Positions 1-8,854 of a DNA stretch of 64,000 bases are shown here, piece after piece; position 1 is the first letter of the stretch; the number at the start of each line of letters is the position of its first letter. The notes under the pieces were generated by a model, which had not been told where the DNA came from, ran no database searches, and saw only the letters and a program-made list of their open reading frames with translations. The DNA is taken from contig DEAE01000001.1 in assembly GCA_002347025.1 (NCBI GenBank), positions 70,623-134,622 of the forward strand, given 5' to 3'. A program made the translations under genes and the position numbers. This DNA is from Acidobacteria bacterium UBA2990 (lineage in GTDB: Bacteria; Acidobacteriota; Vicinamibacteria; Vicinamibacterales; UBA8438).

Positions 1-14
1 TTGGTGGTTGGCGG

Positions 15-698
15 TTGCTCGGTCGGCATTACGAAGGAGCCCTGGTGATGCCGACCAGTGGAGGCGAGTCTCAGGCATTAGGGAAGTTTGCATCGAAGCA
101 TTGGTTGACGGTTGGAGTTATTGGGACGCTTTTGACTGGTGTTGTTTTTTTGAATATCGACGTTGGGCTTGGTGCGTTTGCTGGTGCGATCGTATTAGCG
201 CTGCTTAAGGCTGCCGACGAGTCTCAAGCAATTGAGCTCATGCCGTGGCGGGTGATTATGATGGTGTGTGGCGTGACTGTCCTGATCTCCGTCCTCGATG
301 AAGCAGGCGGTCTCGCTTTGTTTACCCAACTGCTCGCCGGCATATCAACGGCTGACACGGTTACCGCTATAATGGCGTTCACTACAGGTTTCATTTCCAT
401 TTACAGCAGTACTTCAGGGGTTGTTCTGCCTGCTTTTCTGCCGACTGTGCCTGACCTCGCGCAGCAACTTGGTGGTGTTAATCCTCTTGCCATTGCTTCG
501 TCGATGAATATTGGGGCACATCTGGTTGATGTGTCAGCGTTGTCGACACTCGGAGCGCTGTGTATGGCAGCGGCTCCAAAGCACGAAGACAGTCGAAGGT
601 TGTTCAATAATCTGATGATTTGGGGCTTGTCGATGACGGTCGTTGGTGGTGCTATTTGTTGGTTGCTCTTTACTGTCTTAGGGGTTGGCCTTGGTTAG
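15..698 (+). CDS. SLC13/DASS-like (ArsB/NhaD superfamily) permease, C-terminal part; probably truncated by the window edge
   Basis: Highly hydrophobic, multi-TM; motifs SSTSGVVLP and DVSALSTLGA typical of dicarboxylate-carrier-type permeases. Confidence 0.7.
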   Translation: MLGRHYEGALVMPTSGGESQALGKFASKHWLTVGVIGTLLTGVVFLNIDVGLGAFAGAIVLALLKAADESQAIELMPWRVIMMVCGVTVLISVLDEAGGLALFTQLLAGISTADTVTAIMAFTTGFISIYSSTSGVVLPAFLPTVPDLAQQLGGVNPLAIASSMNIGAHLVDVSALSTLGALCMAAAPKHEDSRRLFNNLMIWGLSMTVVGGAICWLLFTVLGVGLG

Positions 699-1019
699 GG
701 CCGGTTGTTCATCATCTAACGATTCGTGCTTTTAGGAAATTAGGTCAAGTAGCGAAGGCCATACTTGGGAATGTTGGCTCGGGTCTCTGGCAGGTGGGGC
801 CGATGTTTAGCTGCCGGGATTTTCACCCGTTGAGAAAGTTGCTGCTGGCCGGCGGCGGGTAGGTCGGCTTGAGGCTTTGACCGTCTTTGCACTGTTTCCA
901 TTCGAGATCTGGTGGTAGGTCCACAGGAGTGGTACCGGTTTAGGGTAAAAACCAGTCCGGTGTTGTTCCAGAGCATGACAACCGACCACCTGAGCCGTGT
1001 CTCGAGTGCGCTCCTAAGC

Positions 1020-1469
1020 ATGTTTGTGTATCTGGTGCATCATGGGGATTCGTTGGGCCCGAATGCTGATCCTCAGCGGCCATTGTCAAGTCTTGGCCAT
1101 CGACAGGTTGAAGTCCTCTCACGCCAGGCGGCGGCTCTTTCTGTCTGCCCAGCGGTCATTTGGCATAGTGGAAAGCTTCGTGCCCGGCAGACGGCACAAA
1201 TCTATTGGAGAGCCTGTAACCCCGTTGCTGAGTTCTCGGCTACCCGGTGGATGCAGCCGGACGACCCTCCCCTCCTAGCTGATTTGCTTCAGGTCGAAAC
1301 TCGAGATGTCATGCTGGTTGGTCACATTCCTCACTTGGAACGGTTGCGTCTCCGGCTACTCCAAGAATCGGCCTCGCAATGTTTTCCGTCCCATGGCGCA
1401 GTCGCGCTCGAAAGGCTTTCGACCGGATGGACTGAATGTTGGCGACTGGAACTACCATCATCTGCTTGA
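1020..1469 (+). CDS. sixA: Phosphohistidine phosphatase SixA-like (histidine phosphatase family)
   Basis: YLVHHG...RPLS..G, HSGKLRARQTA and MLVGHIPHL motifs. Start moved from 912 to ATG 1020 to match the family N-terminus. Confidence 0.75.
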   Translation: MFVYLVHHGDSLGPNADPQRPLSSLGHRQVEVLSRQAAALSVCPAVIWHSGKLRARQTAQIYWRACNPVAEFSATRWMQPDDPPLLADLLQVETRDVMLVGHIPHLERLRLRLLQESASQCFPSHGAVALERLSTGWTECWRLELPSSA

Positions 1470-1499
1470 CGCCGGAGGAGGGCGTGTTTGCCGATCAGG

Positions 1500-2999
1500 C
1501 TATGTTTCCGTGACTACGGTGAGTTGCCTTTGTAAGAGGTGCCAAGCTTGAGCAACGTGCTTTTCGGTCGTGCGAATATGCCCAATGGCTAATCGCAGTG
1601 CAAACCGGCCTGCCAGTTGAGTGTGGGAGAGAAAGACGTCGCCGGTCGCATTCACACTATCAAGCAGTCGAGCATTGAGCTCGTCGAGGGCGTCCGGATC
1701 GTCAAGAAGGTTAGCTGGAGCTGCCCGGAAGCACACCACCGAAAATGGAACGGGTGCTAGCCGCTCAAACTGGTCACTTGTATCTATCCAGCCGCTGAAG
1801 AGTTGCGCCAGCCTCATGTGTTCGGCGAGTCTTCGCCTGATGCCGTCAGCGCCAAAGTGGCGGAGTACCATCCATAGCTTTAATGCCCGGAATCGTCGAC
1901 CTAACTGCACACCGGTGTCCATTAAGTTACGGACAGGTCCAGATTCTAGGCTCTGCAAGTAGTCTGGGGTCAAGGCAAATGTTTGACGGAGCTGATCCAT
2001 GTGTCGACAGTAGAAAGCACTGAGATCAAACGGTGTAAAAAGCCACTTGTGCGGGTTGACAACGAAAGAGTCAGCGCGGTCGCACCCCAAGAGGGTGTCT
2101 TCCCACCCAGGTACCATAGCTGCCGGTCCAGCATAGGCGGCGTCGACATGTAGCCAAAGTCGTTCCCGAATACAGATGTCAGCGATTGCCGGAACGGGAT
2201 CGACGCTAGTCACAGCTGTTGTGCCGACAGTCGCGACCACAGCTACAGGAGTTAGACCGGATTCTCGATCAGATTTTATCGCTGCTGCCAGTAGGTCAGG
2301 GCGCATCTTGAACTCGCTGTCTACCTCAATTCGTTGCAATCCAGTGTGCCCCAAGCCCAAAGTGATTACCGCTTTGTCGACTGACGAGTGTGCGTGTTCT
2401 GAACAGTAAACCCGGAGTGGGGTTATATCGGACCGCCCGGCGATCCCGCGTTCACGTACGTTCGGTGCTCCTGCCTCTCTGGCGGCGGCTAGGGCGTGAA
2501 GCGTGGCGATCGAGGCGGTGTCGTAAATGACCCCTTCGAACACATCTGGTAGACCGAGTAGGCGTCTGAGCCAGGTCAATGCGACCTCTTCAAGTTCGGT
2601 TATTACTGGAGAGGTTCGCCATAACATGCCCTGTGCGTTGAATGCTGCGCTCAGAAATTCAGCCAGAATCCCTGGCCCGCTCCCGCTGATAGCAAAATAG
2701 GCGAAGAATCCAGGGTGGTTCCAGTGAGTAAGCCCGGGCACGATCAACTGATTGACATCAGCAAGAATCTCGTCCCACCCTTCACCGCTGACCGGGGCGG
2801 TTGTTGGGAGAGCGTCTCGACAGTCACCCGGTTGGACGCGAGACAGCACGGGATACTGCTCCGGGTTTTCAAGATAACGGCTGATCCAATCAACAAGCTG
2901 ATGACCGGCTCGACGGAACTCAGCCGGGTCCATGTCCCCAAGCGTTGGTTCAGTGTCTAGTATCGGGTTGTCACCGTGGTCATTGAGATCATCAGACAC
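1500..2999 (-). CDS. PLP-dependent group II decarboxylase (aromatic-L-amino-acid decarboxylase-like)
   Basis: THWNHPGFFAYF, HVDAAY, NPHKW (PLP lysine), LGRRFRALKLW; GTG start with GAGGA RBS. Confidence 0.9.
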   Translation of the reverse strand: MSDDLNDHGDNPILDTEPTLGDMDPAEFRRAGHQLVDWISRYLENPEQYPVLSRVQPGDCRDALPTTAPVSGEGWDEILADVNQLIVPGLTHWNHPGFFAYFAISGSGPGILAEFLSAAFNAQGMLWRTSPVITELEEVALTWLRRLLGLPDVFEGVIYDTASIATLHALAAAREAGAPNVRERGIAGRSDITPLRVYCSEHAHSSVDKAVITLGLGHTGLQRIEVDSEFKMRPDLLAAAIKSDRESGLTPVAVVATVGTTAVTSVDPVPAIADICIRERLWLHVDAAYAGPAAMVPGWEDTLLGCDRADSFVVNPHKWLFTPFDLSAFYCRHMDQLRQTFALTPDYLQSLESGPVRNLMDTGVQLGRRFRALKLWMVLRHFGADGIRRRLAEHMRLAQLFSGWIDTSDQFERLAPVPFSVVCFRAAPANLLDDPDALDELNARLLDSVNATGDVFLSHTQLAGRFALRLAIGHIRTTEKHVAQAWHLLQRQLTVVTET

Positions 3000-3266
3000 T
3001 TGGTGTCCTCAGTGTTGGATGCGGATTTGGGAAAAAGATTGTAGCATCGCTAGAGGGGAATAGCTTAGCGTGCGAGATGTAAGACTAATCTGATCGAGAT
3101 GGTGCAATTTGTTATCCTCTCGTTCCGAAAAACTTTTCCTTGGAAATGCTGGGGCCTCTGTTGGGATGCGCTTGCAGGACAAAGGTTGTGGTCTGACTCT
3201 TTGTTTCTGAAGTACGGGGGAGCGGACTAACTTTGGCAGTCAATCGGTGGTGAAAAGGAGGAACTA

Positions 3267-3731
3267 ATGGCGGACGTAGTTCATACGAGTCGGTTGAGGA
3301 TCGAAAGGGTTGGGGGGCCATTGCGACATGCATACCTAGAGGGCTTCAGTGAGCCGATTCGCTTTGGGGTGCATGGTGGAATTAAGGCGTTTTACGGCAT
3401 CGAGCCTGAGGAGGACGTTCCCGCTACGCTGGATCATATGGTCGGGGCCGTTGGCGGTTGACTGCTTGGGACTCTAGCACGCGCACTGGAAGTGCGCGAT
3501 ATCGAAGCGTCAAGAGAGAAAATTCAGGCTGAAGTCGAGGGCGACATTGAGGCGGTTGACAACGTGATGAGGATTACACGAATTAGGGTGCGATATCGCT
3601 TGCGGATTCCAGCTGGCAGTAGAGAGAAAGCTGAGCGGGCTATTGCAACCCATGCTACTAAGTGTCCGGCGGCGAATAGCGTTAGAGGTTGTATCGATTT
3701 GACTATAGACGCGGATATAACAGAGGAGTAG
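3267..3731 (+). CDS. OsmC/Ohr-like selenoprotein, 154 aa, Sec65 encoded by UGA at 3459-3461
   Basis: Track ORFs 3267-3461 and 3492-3731 are in the same frame, separated only by TGA plus 10 sense codons (LLGTLARALE). The joined sequence ..GAVGG-U-LLGTL..KCPAANSV puts U at the first OsmC catalytic Cys position. AAGGAGG RBS and a downstream hairpin are present. Confidence 0.88.
3480..3498 (+). promoter_or_regulatory. Candidate bacterial SECIS element of the OsmC-like gene
   Basis: Perfect stem CGCGCACU / AGUGCGCG with a GGA loop; the stem starts 18 nt after the UGA. Confidence 0.7.
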
Positions 3732-3813
3732 TACAGATAGCGACTACCGCAACCAGGCGCGATTGACGTTTTGCAATTGTATGGCTTGAAGAGATGACCT
3801 GACGGCCCAAATA

Positions 3814-5325
3814 ATGTCAAGCCCTGAATCGATTCCGTGGTGCGAATGGGGTGCTGAGGCCTTTGCGCGTGCCTCGCGCGAGCAGAAGCCGGTCTTGCTA
3901 TCGATCGGTGCGGCATGGTGCCAGTGGACGGCCGAGATGGCTCGTGTTAGCTATCGCGATATCCGAGTCCTGCAACTTGTGGCTGAGAGATTTGTACCGG
4001 TCCGGGTGGATGCTGACAGGCGTCCAGATGTCAGTGAACGCTATACCCTTGAAGGTTGGCCGACTACGGTGTTTCTCACACCCGATGGAGAGATGTTGGG
4101 AGGGGGCACGTATCTTGAGCCGGGCCCGCTTGCAGTGGTGCTGGAACAGGTTGCAGATGCTTTTGCTGTTCAGCGCGATCAACTACCGGTGAGGCTCGAA
4201 GAGATTCGAGCTAAGGAGCGTGTAGAGTTTAAGCCTAGGTCACTCACCCAAGTTGATTCTGACGACGAAGGTTGGCGCTGGCTGGAGGAGCAGTTGCTCG
4301 GTAGGTTTGATCCGGACTGGGCTGGCTTCGGCATTGGTCCAAAGAAGGTTGACGCTGAAGCATTGGCTATAGGGGTCTTGCGTTGTGGTGAAACAAAGAA
4401 CGATGAAATAGCCAAGGTCGTCACCCTGACTTTGGATGCGATTGCGAGTGGAAGCCTTTGGGATCCGGTTGATGGTGGGTTTTTCCGGTATTGTGTTGGG
4501 AGAGATTGGACTGAACCGCAGGTTGAGAAGGTCCTTACGGCTAACGCCCAACTTCTTGAACTCTACCTGCTGGCCTCACAGGTTTTCATGCGGCCGGACT
4601 ATGCCGATCGAGCCAGGGCAGTCATCCTTTTTGTTCATAAGACCTTTGCTGATTCCGAGGGTGGCTTTTTCGCTAGCCAGCGAACGGACTCTCAAATCGG
4701 GAATCTGTCTAGTGAAGAGCGTGGGCACATGGCATCGCTACTTGTTGATCACACGGTCTACACGGACGCGACAGCGGTGATGGCCTCAGCCTACATTCTC
4801 GGGGCCTCAATATTGAACGACGAATCCTTGCTAGAGTTCGCTGCGGAGGCCGTGGACCGAGTGGTGATGGAGACTTATCAGCCTGGTGGAGGCCTCGGAC
4901 ATAATGCTACTGGAACACCTGCCCCGCGCGGGCTGCTAACCGACCAGGTAATGATGAGTTCAACCTTGCTTGACCTTTACGAGGTGACTGGTCAGGCGGT
5001 ATATCTTGATCTTCCACGGGAATTGATGGCTTATTGTCGGCAGAAGATGTGGCATGACACGGCTGGTTTTGCTGATCGAGCCAGCAATCTTCCAGGATCT
5101 GATGCATCCATCGGTTTACTGCGTGAACCGCGCTATCCACTCGCATTGAACTGTCGTGCGGCGATAGTACAGGCACGTTTAGGGAAGTACGCTGACGACC
5201 CTGCCTATATGGACTTGGCTACTCAAACTTTAACTTGCCAGGCTTCAGTTTACCGGAAGCATGGTCTTGCCGGGGCAGCCTACCTTCTTGCGCTCCATCG
5301 GATTAGGGCTGTGACGGATAGCTGA
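3814..5325 (+). CDS. YyaL/SPATA20-like protein (DUF255 thioredoxin domain + alpha/alpha barrel)
   Basis: IPWCEWGAEAF..KPVLLSIG..WCQW, VRVDADRRPD, GWPTTVFLTPDG, DPVDGGFFRY. Confidence 0.85.
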   Translation: MSSPESIPWCEWGAEAFARASREQKPVLLSIGAAWCQWTAEMARVSYRDIRVLQLVAERFVPVRVDADRRPDVSERYTLEGWPTTVFLTPDGEMLGGGTYLEPGPLAVVLEQVADAFAVQRDQLPVRLEEIRAKERVEFKPRSLTQVDSDDEGWRWLEEQLLGRFDPDWAGFGIGPKKVDAEALAIGVLRCGETKNDEIAKVVTLTLDAIASGSLWDPVDGGFFRYCVGRDWTEPQVEKVLTANAQLLELYLLASQVFMRPDYADRARAVILFVHKTFADSEGGFFASQRTDSQIGNLSSEERGHMASLLVDHTVYTDATAVMASAYILGASILNDESLLEFAAEAVDRVVMETYQPGGGLGHNATGTPAPRGLLTDQVMMSSTLLDLYEVTGQAVYLDLPRELMAYCRQKMWHDTAGFADRASNLPGSDASIGLLREPRYPLALNCRAAIVQARLGKYADDPAYMDLATQTLTCQASVYRKHGLAGAAYLLALHRIRAVTDS

Positions 5326-5386
5326 CTTTCGTGTCCAACTTTTGCTTTCAGCGAGGCGTGGTAGACTCCCCGGTCCGGAGGATACA

Positions 5387-7243
5387 GTGTCTGTCGAGCA
5401 TAGTTCACGCATCTTAGCCCTTAGAAACATTGCGACTAGGTTGAGAATCGAGTCGATTAAGGCGACTAGTGCAGCAGGTAGCGGCCATCCGACCAGCTGC
5501 TGTTCCGCTGCGGACATTATGGCGGCGTTGTTCTTTGGTCAAATGCGGTTCGATCCCAAGAATCCAGAGCATGAAGACAATGATCGTTTTGTGTTGTCAA
5601 AGGGCCATGCGGCACCCGTCCTCTACGCTGCGTGGTCAGAGGCAGGGGTAATTGATCCCAAGCAGTTGGCTTCTTTACGACGGATCGACTCTGACCTTGA
5701 AGGACACCCGACGCCCCGCCTACCGTTTGTTGATGTGGCGACCGGTTCGCTTGGTCAGGGCATCTGTGCCGCGATCGGAATCGCTCTGAACGCACGTCGG
5801 ATTCAGTCCTCCTATCGAACGTATGTGTTACTTGGAGACGGTGAATCGGCTGAAGGTTCGGTGTGGGAGGCAGCTCAGGCCGCTGTCAGTTTCAGTTTGG
5901 ATAATCTGTGTGCGGTCATTGATGTTAATGGCTTTGGTCAAAGTCAGATGACGCAATATGGTCATGATATGGCCGCCTACGAACAACGGTGGCGAGCTTT
6001 CGGTTGGCATGTGAGCGTCGTCGATGGTCATGATGTGGGCGCGTTACTTGCTGCTCTTGACGAGGCGGCGCAGACGGTTGGCTGCCCCTCAATGATTCTG
6101 GCCAGAACACTGAAAGGCAAGGGTGTTTCGTTTGTTGAGGGGCAAGATGGTTGGCATGGTAAACCGTTAAAGGGAAATGATTTTCAGTGCGCGCTCAGGG
6201 AACTTGAAGATCAAATTGGTCCAGAATCGACCAGTTTGGTGATTCCTGTCCCTCCCTATCGTAAAGCTGAAGATTCTCTTTTTAGGCCGCGGGAGGTGGA
6301 ATTTCCTGATTACGAGATGGGAAGCCTGGTGGCTACCCGGGAGGCCTATGGAGCGATATTAGCAGCACTGGGTGAGGCTGATTCTCGGGTGGTAGTGCTT
6401 GATGCAGACGTAAAAAATTCTACTTTCAGCGATGAATTTGAACGTCAGTACCCAGACCGATTTTTTCAGAGTTATATCGCTGAACAGGTGATGGTCGGAG
6501 CTGCCCTTGGTCTTGCCAGTCGTGGCGCGATCCCGTTTCCGTCTACTTTTGCGTGTTTTCTGACCCGGGCTGCTGACTTTATTCGGATGGGTGGCATCGG
6601 GAATGTCAATGTCAAATTTTCCGGTTCCCACGCCGGTGTGTCGATTGGTGAGGACGGACCATCCCAGATGGCACTTGAAGATCTGGGTATGATGCGAGCT
6701 GTTCCTGGTTGTGTTGTGTTATATCCCTGCGACGGCGTTAGCACGGCTAAGTTGGGTATTGCGGCTTGGGCCCATCAAGGAATGACCTACATACGGACCT
6801 CTCGGCCCAAGACCCAGGTGATCTATGCTGCATCTGAGGAGTTTCCCATTGGAGGTTCGAAGGTACTCAGAGCGAGTGCCGAAGATGTGGTGACTGTAGT
6901 GGCTGCTGGCGTGACAGTCTTTGAAGCCTTGGCTGCCTACGATGAGGTAGGCAAGGACGGGATTTCGTTTCGTTTGATTGATGCCTACTCGATTCAACCG
7001 ATCGATAAGGACACCCTAGTCGGTGCTGCCTTGGAGACCGGCGGTTGTATCATCACGGTCGAAGATCATTACGCGCCAGGGGGGCTGGGTGATGCGGTCA
7101 GTGATGCCGTGAGTGGCCATGGCATCATCGTGCAGCGGCTTGCGGTTCGTGAGGTCCCAAGGAGCGGCCCTTCTGCAGAATTACTCGACCGATTTGGTAT
7201 CTCATTTCGTCAGATCGGTGCAGCAGTCAGAGCTCGAAAATAA
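5387..7243 (+). CDS. tkt: Transketolase (single-chain, animal-like subtype)
   Basis: [32 protein letters not shown] TPP motif, [8 protein letters not shown]. GTG start at 5387 follows a GGAGG RBS. Confidence 0.95.
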   Translation: [618 protein letters not shown]

Positions 7244-7299
7244 ATTGTTCACCTCGGGGGCGTGTCGATTCCGTTGGAAGACTGGCCGGTTCGAAGAGC

Positions 7300-8250
7300 T
7301 CAGTTGCGGCGAGTCGCCTGCCAGTTCTCGGAATCACCATCGGGTGTGCTGGCGAACCCACTCATTGTCTGCTCTTCGACTGAACCGGTGTAACGTCTGT
7401 TGTTGAGTTGGAAGGAGAGTTCCGTGCCATGAATCCTTCCTTGTTCAATAGCAAGCAGGCGACCTTCATAGCGCAGCTGGCCAGTGAACCTTTGGAACTG
7501 TTGTTGTAGTTCCATCTCTTGCTCTCCCAGTTGCCAGGTTCCTTCTACCTTGGCGGGAACAACCCACAGTAGTGACGTGCACCAGGTGGGGCATGGGTCT
7601 ATTACTACAGTTTCATCGGGCAGCCATCCTGGTGCCTCAAAGTTACCTTCCGCACCGCTAAGGTCCCATGTATTCGACACAATGCGCGTTCCTGGAGTCA
7701 ATTCGAGAAGATGTGGGCGAAGCTGGTAGTTGATATCCGGCAGTAGGAACATCGTGATCACGGTTGCTGGGGAGAGGTCAAACTCGAAGAGGTCGGTTGC
7801 GTAAAACTCGGTTAGGCTTGATACACCTGCTTCCTCGGCTCTTTGCCTAGACAAAGTGACGAGGTTTTCTTCAAGTTCCACTCCGATGGCTCTAGCGCCT
7901 AATTGGGCCGCGGCGATTACCGTCCGCCCGTCCCCAGAACCGAGGTCAATGACCACATCATCAGGAGTGACGGCGGCCATCTCTAACATTTTGTCTACTA
8001 GGACATCTGGGGTCGGTACCCACGGAACATCTTTGCCTTCTTGTCCTATTTTGGGGGTGGCCGGCAGTTGTGCGCTGGCATGCCCACCCACCAGTAGCAG
8101 GGACATCAGCAACAGGCTGGTGATCGTTGAACGATGATGGCGGCGGTGGTTCAGTGCGGGTATGGGTATTATCCACCGTCTAGGCTTCGTTTGGTCAACG
8201 AAGTCAATATATTTAAGCTGGTTTAGCGTGGGGGTTACAAGGTCTAGCAT
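7300..8250 (-). CDS. Class I SAM-dependent methyltransferase with an N-terminal signal-like segment (true start probably about 8106-8155)
   Basis: GKDVPWVPTP, DLGSGDGR (motif I), RIVSNTW; hydrophobic LLLMSLLLVGGHASA-Q segment. Confidence 0.8.
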   Translation of the reverse strand: MLDLVTPTLNQLKYIDFVDQTKPRRWIIPIPALNHRRHHRSTITSLLLMSLLLVGGHASAQLPATPKIGQEGKDVPWVPTPDVLVDKMLEMAAVTPDDVVIDLGSGDGRTVIAAAQLGARAIGVELEENLVTLSRQRAEEAGVSSLTEFYATDLFEFDLSPATVITMFLLPDINYQLRPHLLELTPGTRIVSNTWDLSGAEGNFEAPGWLPDETVVIDPCPTWCTSLLWVVPAKVEGTWQLGEQEMELQQQFQRFTGQLRYEGRLLAIEQGRIHGTELSFQLNNRRYTGSVEEQTMSGFASTPDGDSENWQATRRN

Positions 8251-8272
8251 GACAGCCTATCTCACAGTGGGT

Positions 8273-8854
8273 TTAGCGGATTTCTGGTCCCCCTGTTCTA
8301 TCATCCGGGACGAAACGGTTGCTAGACGGCATGGTGACCTGCGGCAGAGTTCTGGCGTCCATGACGGCGTTATCTTCGATGATCTCGTTTCTGGCTAAGA
8401 TCCAGGCAACCAACCCGTAGACTTCATCTGCCGTCAATGACCCTGGGGCGTTCCGTGGCATTGCCCTGTTGATGTAATCGTAGAGCGTTGTCGCGTAGGG
8501 CCAGAAGTTACCGACGGTGGGAGGCCCAGTCTGAGGTTCAAGGCCAACCACTGGAGCGGCAGTTCCCCCCTCACCATTGGGACCGTGGCAACTGCCACAG
8601 ACACGGTTCCAGGTCGCTGTACCGGTCTGGGCTGTGCCATTTCCAGGAGGTAGACCTGTCCCGGCTGGTGTTACATCGATATCAAGCTTTTCGATGTCGG
8701 TAATCATGGCGGGTCGCCCAAACCCGAACCTGTCTGGGGGCTGGACAAAGTTCTGTTCCGCACTTTCGAGGTTGCTTTGGAGAAACCCGATTACCAGGCT
8801 AAAGCCCAGTATGGGGATTTGGAGCACCACTAATCGACGCCATATTACGGTCAT
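8273..8854 (-). CDS. Monoheme cytochrome c, SoxD/SorB-like
   Basis: FGFGRPA..DIDVTPAGTGLPPGNG, CGSCH heme motif, WPYATTLYDYINRAMP; overlaps the upstream soxC stop (ATGA). Confidence 0.85.
   Translation of the reverse strand: MTVIWRRLVVLQIPILGFSLVIGFLQSNLESAEQNFVQPPDRFGFGRPAMITDIEKLDIDVTPAGTGLPPGNGTAQTGTATWNRVCGSCHGPNGEGGTAAPVVGLEPQTGPPTVGNFWPYATTLYDYINRAMPRNAPGSLTADEVYGLVAWILARNEIIEDNAVMDARTLPQVTMPSSNRFVPDDRTGGPEIR

Noticed and set aside
3459-3461. Genome-wide UGA reassignment (genetic code 4 or 25) as the explanation for in-frame TGA
   Set aside because: TGA ends complete genes elsewhere (1467-1469, 21530-21532, 45061-45063). The two read-through cases fall at catalytic Cys positions and have hairpins.
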